From contig NW_021827575.1 in NCBI RefSeq assembly GCF_006345805.1, positions 1-27,916 on the forward strand: a stretch of DNA of 27,916 bases, given 5' to 3'. Of this stretch, positions 19,793-27,916 are shown one piece after another (within the stretch, counting starts at the first letter, position 1; every line of letters starts with the position of its first letter). The DNA comes from Octopus sinensis. Its lineage: Eukaryota. The notes below the pieces were generated by a model that was not told the origin of the DNA, did not search any database, and worked only from the letters and a program-made list of their open reading frames with translations. A program made the position numbers and the translations under genes.

Positions 19793-20519
19793 CCCTTTAG
19801 ATGACAGTCTTTTGAATAGGGCGATGGTGTCAAGCGACTTGGAGTAAGTCCTCAACACCACCGTCCACTCTTCAAAGTCTTTCAACCACTGGTTGGATGG
19901 TACAATTTCCCACTCGAAAACATTGTGCTTTTTCTTTGCTATGTTTTTTTAAAAATAAAAAGTACAAAAACAGTTCAAGAAAAAAATTTAAAAAAACAAG
20001 GAAGAAAAACAAGCAAATCAAAAGAAAGACAAAACAATAACGAAGGAAAAAAAGAAAACAGTTCAATAAAGAGAAAGTCACAAAAAAGATAGAAGAAGGA
20101 AAGAAAACAACAGTTAAGAAAACACAGCAAGTACAATATCTTCTGGCCACTCGGGAATCCAGGCCTATTTGGTAATCCAACTTGAACCGGGAACGCCACA
20201 ACTAGAATACAGCTTCCACAAAAATTGGTAAGGAGTGTTTGTATCTTCGGTGAATTCTCACAATTATTTGAAACAAAACTATTCACTTGAAGTGAACAAA
20301 TTTCTGGAAGCGAGATACGCCCCCCAAAACAACAATTCTGACAATTGAGAAAAGCTATTCACTCGTGTGTAGGCAGACCAGAGTCCAGAGTCCAGTGAGG
20401 ACTTGTTGTTTGTAAATAAAAATAATAATTACTGCAAACAACAAATCCCCACTGGACCCAAAAAACAAAAGTCTTACCTTACATTGAGCTTCTTTTTTAA
20501 TCACTATTTCACCAGCTTC

Positions 20520-20751
20520 AAGGTGGCTAACTGGGAGAAACGTTCGCACGCCGGCCGAAATGCGTAGCCGTATTTCGCTTCCGTTACGTTCTGGGTTCAA
20601 ATTCCGCCGAGGTCGACTTTGCCTTTCATCCTTTCGGGGTCGATAAATTAAGTACCAGTCACGCACTGGGGTCGATGTAATCGACTTAATCCGTTTGTCT
20701 GTCCTTGTTTGTCCCCTCTGTGTTTAGCCCCTCGTGGGTTGTAAAGAAATA
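20520..20751 (+). mobile_element. Full-length family A SINE
   Basis: Near-consensus match to the other family A copies, with B-box GGTTCAAATTCC. Confidence 0.88.
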
Positions 20752-21877
20752 TATTTCACCAGATTCAAACCAGCGGGGCGACTTCCTTCAGTGGTACGAA
20801 CAACACTGACAGTGGAACGAAATCTTCTTACCACACAGCCAAAGCTGTGTCTACATATAGCAAGATATATTTTGTGAAGACATCTTGGATCTTTATACAA
20901 GCACCACTCTCATGAGTTAGAATTAGTTACAATATAAAAGCCGACAGAATTATAATCACCTACTTCGCATATAACACTCCTGCTGCATTTGTTTTATATA
21001 GTTTCATATTTTTCTGAGAATTAGATTAAATTTAGAAAGTTATTCGATACAGGTTTCAATAAATTTAATTCAAAACAAAGTCATACATTTTTGTTTCTTT
21101 TAATTACGTTTGTCATTCCTTTTTTGGTTGCCTCTATTTAATAAATGGATATTTAATAAATGTAATTTTTGAAAACTATTAGGTTGCTTATTTTTTCTAC
21201 ATTTAATTTCCAGTACCAAATTCCCTACAACGTATTAATTTTGAGTTACTAACATTTTAAGGTTTCTTAATTTTACACTAATAATTCACTTACGTCATAT
21301 TTCTCTTTCTTCTACTTCAAATGTAAAATATCTAATGGCTTGATTCTATATACTTTTTCTGTTTTTAATTTCCTTTATTTTCTCTTGTCTCTCAATGTTA
21401 ATATTCAGAATATGGTTATATTTTTAGAGCTTTCTTGTGAGAACTTCAATGTTATATTTCCGGGGGATATTTATGCATTCTGAAATTCTCACCCGTTTCT
21501 CCATCGTACAGATGCCTCTCAAAATGTTTCATATAAATCAGTGTCGTTCGTTACAGCTGTGTTAAAAAAACTAAGAAGGTGGAGAAAGAATAGAGAAAGC
21601 CGAATGTATGTATGTGTGTGTGGGGGGTATGTGTGTACCTGTAAATTGAAGACGGGATAAATCGAGATAATGTTATCACTTATTTGTATGTATACAAATT
21701 GACACGCTCAAACATATATATATATATATTATATATATAATATATATATATAATATATATATATTACTATACATCATTTAAAAATTGTTGGAATATTCAT
21801 CTTGTCCTACTGGTCTTCATCAAATGTCAGGAGACTCCACAGTGAGGCAACTAAATCCTTACGATATATACATTTGG

Positions 21878-21922
<45 letters not shown>

Positions 21923-21985
21923 GCTATTCTAAGGAATTCACGATAGCTGTGAAGGACTTGTTGAAAGAATAGTTTAGAAATTTAT

Positions 21986-22031
<46 letters not shown>

Positions 22032-22544
22032 TACACGTACACGTGCAGAAATATATATATTTCTGGCAGTTTCCATGGATATTCCAAAGTCATTTTGAAA
22101 ACGGTATAATTGTTCGAAGTTTTGAGGGCCAATAATCATAATTTCCGTTCGAACTATTTGACACTTTAGATTGTGAATCGCCTCCCGTATCCCATGACTA
22201 TTTACTCCGTGAATAAATAATGTAGAGAAGAAACAAGAAAAAAAGAGTAATTTATTGCTCACATATTTAATGAAAGGCGCATCGCAATCTTAATTAGAAT
22301 TGATTAGGTGTGAAACAAACAAAAATCTAATTATATACACTGACTATTACACTGTTCAACATTTGTTTTTCTTTGGTCTGTCTGTGAAATTCGTTATTTA
22401 CTGCTATCTGGAAATGAGAGGAGATGACAATTATTCACTTCAGACTTTGCTTTTGTGCCCTGGACACCAATGGTTGAAACTGGTTTATCTTCCATAACAT
22501 TTCCTATAAATTCAGCGCTGAGTTGCTGAAGCAGATTTATTGGT

Positions 22545-22944
22545 ATCTTTATATATAAAAGTAAGGTTGTGTGTCTGTCTCCCACGATTTAGATTCCTAA
22601 CTACTCCCACATTTTGCGGTGCAGTTTAACCAAAACCGGGTATCTTATATTCGTTATTCAGATCGAGCCCTTCTGGGTATTAGCGCGCGGCTACGATGAG
22701 TCTACGATTTAAAAAATAATTTACCATCATTTTTTTCCATTTTAATGCATTTGTCTCGCTATTATATAAGGGAAGTAACTCTCTAAAAATGTCTACGAAG
22801 TGTCAACGATTTAAAAAGAAAATTACCATATTTTTTTTCCATTTTTAATGCATTTTTGTGCTATATTTTGGCTATAACTCTCTAAAAATGCTTATATAGT
22901 TATTTCCCTTACAAACCCGAGCAGCGCCGGGCGATACTGCTAGT
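22545..22944 (-). mobile_element. Non-autonomous rolling-circle-like element (Helitron/DINE-type)
   Basis: Minus strand starts ACTAGCAGTATCGCCCGGCGCTGCTCGGGTTTGT and ends GACAGACACACAACCTTACTTTTATATATAAAGAT. It contains an internal ~100-bp duplication (22702-22890). Confidence 0.65.
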
Positions 22945-24749
22945 AACAAATATTCTTCTTGATGCTAAAGATTTGCTTATCCGTTGCTTTGATCTTAACC
23001 ACTTGAGCATGTCCCTTGGTGGCTTACAATGTGTGCATTTCTGATGAGGTGCAGGAGTAGTGGGGAATATCATAGCCATATTTGGGGCTTGAATATATAT
23101 ATAGGTATCAAAAGCAAAGTTTGAAGGAAATATCAGCCATTTTGCATACTTTCTGGGGCTAAGCAAATTGCTAACGAAGGACAAAAATAGTGTTAAACAG
23201 TGTTTTATTTTAATTATTTACTAATTGTCTTTTTCTCTAAGTGCAAAATAATTAGTTCTATTCTGAATTTTAGATTTTATTTGAATTTTATTCAGCTATG
23301 ATTTATGAGAAAAAACATGTACATCTCAACTCTTTCTCAATCACACATACCTCACCTCCTGCCTCATATATGCCTTGCATTACTGGGGGATTCTGGGAAA
23401 TCGTCATAGATCTTTGGATCCCAAAAATATAATCATTTCTTTTTAGCGAGACATGGAAACGTGAAAACTAATTTTTCGCGGCAAGCATACCACAGCTAAA
23501 GATTTCTTCCAACCACCAGAGGAGTATAGATTTTCTGGAAAGTTATAGTGGGTCTTGGAGGAATATAATTTGGAAAGCACTGCCCTATATGAATACTGAA
23601 CGTTATCTTCAAACGTGCGAATTGGTCGGTTATAAATTTTACGTCAACAACTTCTGTCTATCACATATGCTTCAATGGCTCACTCTATTAGAATTTCTTG
23701 CCCTCATTCTCCATAAATTTTCTGTTTACCCACCCACGAAGTCCTCCACTAAATACTGGGTAGAATCTTTTCTACTGAGAACACTGTTCATGATGAATAC
23801 TTTCGCGAACATATTCCTTGAAATCATCAACTTGCTCACTGAAGGGGTTCCATACCCATACAACCTGTTTCTTCCATAAAACATCTATTAAAAGAATAAT
23901 ATATTTATTACATTAAAACGGGCTTCGCTACTATTGGAGCCCATCAAAAATCGATAAGCTGGCAGGACCATTAGCTCCTCGGGCAAAACACTTACCAGCA
24001 TTCCGTCCGTCATACAGTTCTAAGACCATGAAGAGGGATTCAGAAAGAGGTAGGCCTGCTAGAAATAACAGGTATACCATCCTCACTTTACGATACATCC
24101 TTTTAGATTAGGAAGGCACGTTAGGTAAGTTAGTCATACTCGTACTTATAAAGGCAAGACATGGCTTCTGAAATGGGTTTGGACTTCATCGGAGTGTGGA
24201 TCACGTATGACCTGGGGTTAAACAACAACAGCAGAAAACAATACTTGTTATAAAGTTTTATGAGGTAAAAAGATTACGTTTACGTGGAGTGTGAACTAAT
24301 TTTCTCGCGCCGGTTATTTGCTTCGGTTCCATATAGGAGTCGATGGCGCTATAAATTACAAACAGATCTAACTGAGGGTTGGTTAATTGAATCAACAAGT
24401 TTGGCCCACCTGCCAAACAACGAGTGCAGTCCATGCCTCATGCTTCTACAACTCAAAGGCCATTCATAAGGCTTTGCATAGAGATGCTTGTGAAAGGAAC
24501 AGTATAGAAGAACGGGACCTGTGATTAATTAATTTTAAAACGAGCATATTACCTGCATGCAATTAAAACTGGGCTTAGTAATATATTTTACCAGTAAAAA
24601 TATACATTAATTACATAAAAGGTTCCCTCAAACACAAATATTTCCTTCATGAACAACACCAATTTAAAATTCCTCAAATTCGATGAGATATTCTGTAGGT
24701 GTTTTATCTATCTCTATACAAAATTACTCTGTTTTGGTGGTTTTTAAAT

Positions 24750-25085
24750 GTATATGTATATATGAATATTATATATATATATTATATATATATATATATA
24801 TTATAATATATATATATATATATATAATGTGTATATATATACATATAACATATGTATATAGATACATATTATATATATATACATATATATATATTATGTA
24901 TATATATATATGTATATATACATTTATACATATGTATATATATACATATATACATATATATATACATATATATAGATATATATATATATATATATATGCA
25001 TACACAGACACACATACACCACATGCATACATATATGTATAATATATATATATATATATTATATATATATTAATATATATACAAT
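24750..25085. repeat. (TA)n/(TATG)n microsatellite
   Basis: Visible directly. Similar tracts lie at 21710-21770, 21885-22035 and 26990-27070. Confidence 0.95.
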
Positions 25086-25936
25086 GAGACGTCAACACAC
25101 ACCCATGCACATACACAAATGTGTAGATTGGCGTAATTCGCCATTTTATACTGCAAGAAGTATGGCTTAAAACAAACATTTTTCTCTCTATTTTTATTTC
25201 ATTTCGTTTTATTTATTGCGTTTTTACTGGGTTGCTGATAAATGAGAAATTGATAGATTAACGAAAATTAAATTGCAGCTCGGTTAAAAAAATAAAACGA
25301 TAGAATCGCACAGAAAAAAGAAAAAGGAAAGAATTCTCTAATTCATCATATGATTGAAGTCAAAGTACTGTTGAATGTTTTCTCCTCAAAATATAATGAA
25401 GATATATTTCACCATTTCCTCGAAAACAGCAATTAGAATGGAAATGGCTTTTACTGTTCACATTATTCAGTTTGGTAAAGCGAGGAACAGTTGGAATCGT
25501 GAGAACGTCGAATACAACGTGTTGTGGTATTTATACCGAATTATTGTCCATCTGCTTTTAAACACGAAATAAATCTACTTTCAGTTTCAGGTTTTGAAGG
25601 GAAAATAACATCGTATAGCAGGAAGCAAACTTCTATATCCCTCTTCAAGACGGTGACTTCGCTGCATCGTCAACACTCCAGATGAAATGCTCAGCTTCAT
25701 TTCGTCCGTTTTTACCTTTGGAGCTCAAATCCCATCGTCGTCGACTTTGCCTCGTACTTTTTCGGGGTTGATATAATAACTACCATTTAAGTTTATTTAA
25801 TCGACTTACCCCTCCTTCGAACCTACCCAATATTTTATCTCTTCGAAGGTAGGCAACTTGCAGCCTCGTTAAAACTTCGGAAAATGTTGTGCGGTAGGAC
25901 ATACCCAGCTCCTATCTATGAGTTATTATTTTATTC

Positions 25937-26263
25937 TTACATTTGCTTCAGTCATTTGATTGCGGCCATGCTGGAGCACCGCCTTTAGACGAATTAATCA
26001 GCCCCAGGACTTATTCTTTGTAAACCCAGCACTTATTATGTCGATCCCTTTTGCCGAATCGCCATGTTAAGAGAACGTAATGACACCAACATCGGTTGCG
26101 AAGATTCACAACTACATATATGTGTCTGTATATATATATATATATAATATATATATATATATATAATATATATATATATGTGTATATATATATATATGTA
26201 TATATATGTATAATATGTATATATATGTAGATAGATAGATAGATAGATGATAGATAGATAGAT

Positions 26264-26301
<38 letters not shown>

Positions 26302-26460
26302 TACAAAGGTTTTTGTTTCAGTTTCCGTCTGCGGAATCCACTCATAAGGCTTTGGTCGGCCGAGCTATAGTAGAAAACACTTGCCCATGGTGTCAAACTG
26401 TGGGACTGAACCCGGATACATGTGGTTGGTAGGCAAGCTACTTACCACGAAGCCACTCCT
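25937..26460 (-). mobile_element. Family D SINE with an expanded internal (TA)n/(GATA)n microsatellite
   Basis: 25937-26110 is the inverse of 47-230. 26300-26460 carries a tRNA-like head (minus strand GTGGTAAGTAGCTTGCCTACCAACCACATG...GGGTTCAGTCCC). Confidence 0.78.
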
Positions 26461-26993
26461 CCGTAGATACTTTAAAGGGTAGATTGGGCTTCCAAGCTGC
26501 GATGGAACCAACCAATCTAGAAGAAGGATAACTCCAAAATTAATACTCCCTTGCAGCATGCCCTAAACCAGCAAGTGTAAGGCTGATGGGCGCAACATGG
26601 TGTGTATCCAGTAAACAAGAATATTACTATAGTTACGGAATATTTTGGTAATGCGCTTTTTTGTCGCAAGCGGAGATAGCGGAGATAATGGTGGAATGTG
26701 GTACGTGAGATCTGCAAGTAGTCTGGAGTAATTTGTCGACGTGGTCAATTCTGGATATAAAGACAAAGCTACGTCCATCTGGTTTCAGCCAGCTGTATAT
26801 CTCTACTGTCACTGAGTACGTGGTAATAACTACATAAACTTCGGAAACGAAATGTTGCTGTGTGCAAATAAGAAACTAACCATTATTAATGAGAAGCTGT
26901 CAAAGTCGGGAAGTTTACTGTGATTGGCAATTAATAGGTGATTAAGGAGTATTCTGCAGTGTAAGCTGTTTCATGAAGATATATATGTTATGC

Positions 26994-27046
<53 letters not shown>

Positions 27047-27390
27047 TATATATATACAAGTATATATATTCGTTATAAGATCATAAATCAGGAGACGAGG
27101 ATACCCTATAAAATATAGAGCAGTTGTTTATATTTCTATGTGTAAAGGAAAAAAACATTGTTTGCAGAGAGCAGTTATCGTTTGGAGAAACTGAAGATAT
27201 GTCTAGTTCACGCGAGATATGAAACCAATATATATATGTATATACATATATATATATATATAATTACATACATACATGTATGCATATTGTAGTAATGGTA
27301 AGATAACAAAAGGATGAATGAGACTTCGATATTATGTTAACAGAGGAATTTATCTGTAAATATAATATGTGACAATTATTCGGTTGCCGT

Positions 27391-27451
27391 AATAAGACTC
27401 CGAGGTTCGGATGTCGGGGCGGAGAACTGCTCCGGCATCTCGTCAGTTGTC
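27391..27451 (-). ncRNA. Degenerate type I hammerhead motif
   Basis: GACAA-CTGACGA-GATGCCGG..CCGACATC-C-GAAC-CTCGGA-GTC-TTATT. The core is intact, stem II has 7 of 8 pairs, stem III is near-palindromic and a GUC triplet is present. The GAAA box is one A short and stem I is eroded. Confidence 0.5.
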
Positions 27452-27916
27452 GAGGTAATCATAAAATGCTATGAAAATGAGCGTTTCATATTCAAAGAGA
27501 GAAGTTGTGAATCCAACCAAGGGATAGTATTCAAACAATATACTGCTGGTAAAATACCCAAATTATTAATACACAAATGTTGGTTATATATATATAGTAA
27601 TATATATATAACTGTATAGTCAAATCGAAATATATGTGTCATTATAGATGTAAATGTGTGTGTGTGTTGCATGCGCTTGTGCGTGTGTGAGTGTGTACAT
27701 ATGTCTGTGTGAATGTGTGTGTGCGCGCGCGTTCTTCTTTGTGTTTTCTGTTTGTTCTTCGACAGCATCATAACTGGGTTTAATTTGCTTACGTACCCAG
27801 ACATAACATTTTACATAAGAGGCCAATACTCTAAAAAAAAAGCAAGCTAGTGTGCCCCAGTATGGTCGCAATCAAGTAAGTATAAACCTAAAACACACAC
27901 ATATATATATCTATAT

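Noticed and set aside
26500-26550. Resemblance to an RTE 5' region (CCAATCTAGAAGAAGGATAACTC)
   Set aside because: Short match recalled from memory, with no downstream endonuclease remnant recognisable.
27191-27230. Plus-strand CTGAAGA-T-ATGTCT..AGATAT-GAAAC hammerhead-like half
   Set aside because: Stem II is plausible, but stem III, the cleavage triplet and stem I are replaced by (TA)n. Insufficient support.
1086-27871. Numerous YIYI, poly-L, poly-Y and CVCV ORFs in the track
   Set aside because: They are translations of (TA)n, (AAT)n and (CA)n microsatellites or of SINE bodies.

Overview
AT-rich, repeat-saturated eukaryotic (animal) DNA, intergenic or deep intronic. The SINE families and very dense (TA)n/(AAT)n microsatellites look like octopus/coleoid cephalopod repeats; this comes from recall of such repeats and was not checked against a database. 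No host protein-coding gene could be supported, and nearly all supplied ORFs are microsatellite or repeat read-throughs. Supported content: (1) about 15 tRNA-derived SINE copies of several modular families. (2) A 5'-truncated Penelope-like element (PLE, minus strand, ~15551-17958) with an Asn-rich linker, a Cys-motif plus GIY-YIG endonuclease, a ~1.5 kb 3' region and a terminal type I hammerhead ribozyme. (3) Four further minus-strand hammerhead or hammerhead-like motifs, one with a compensatory-looking U3-A8 core. (4) An internally deleted Tc1/mariner element. (5) A LINE 3' end with three C2H2 fingers (RTE-like). (6) An R4/Dong-type RLE LINE 3' end followed by a 550-bp AAT tract. (7) Four non-autonomous rolling-circle-like (Helitron/DINE-type) elements. 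(8) A MITE and a 113-bp long-range inverted repeat. The best leads are the PLE's long 3' region (internal tandem duplication, possible antisense coding), the hammerhead cluster, and a triple-hairpin element at 19.7 kb with a cryptic hammerhead-like core.
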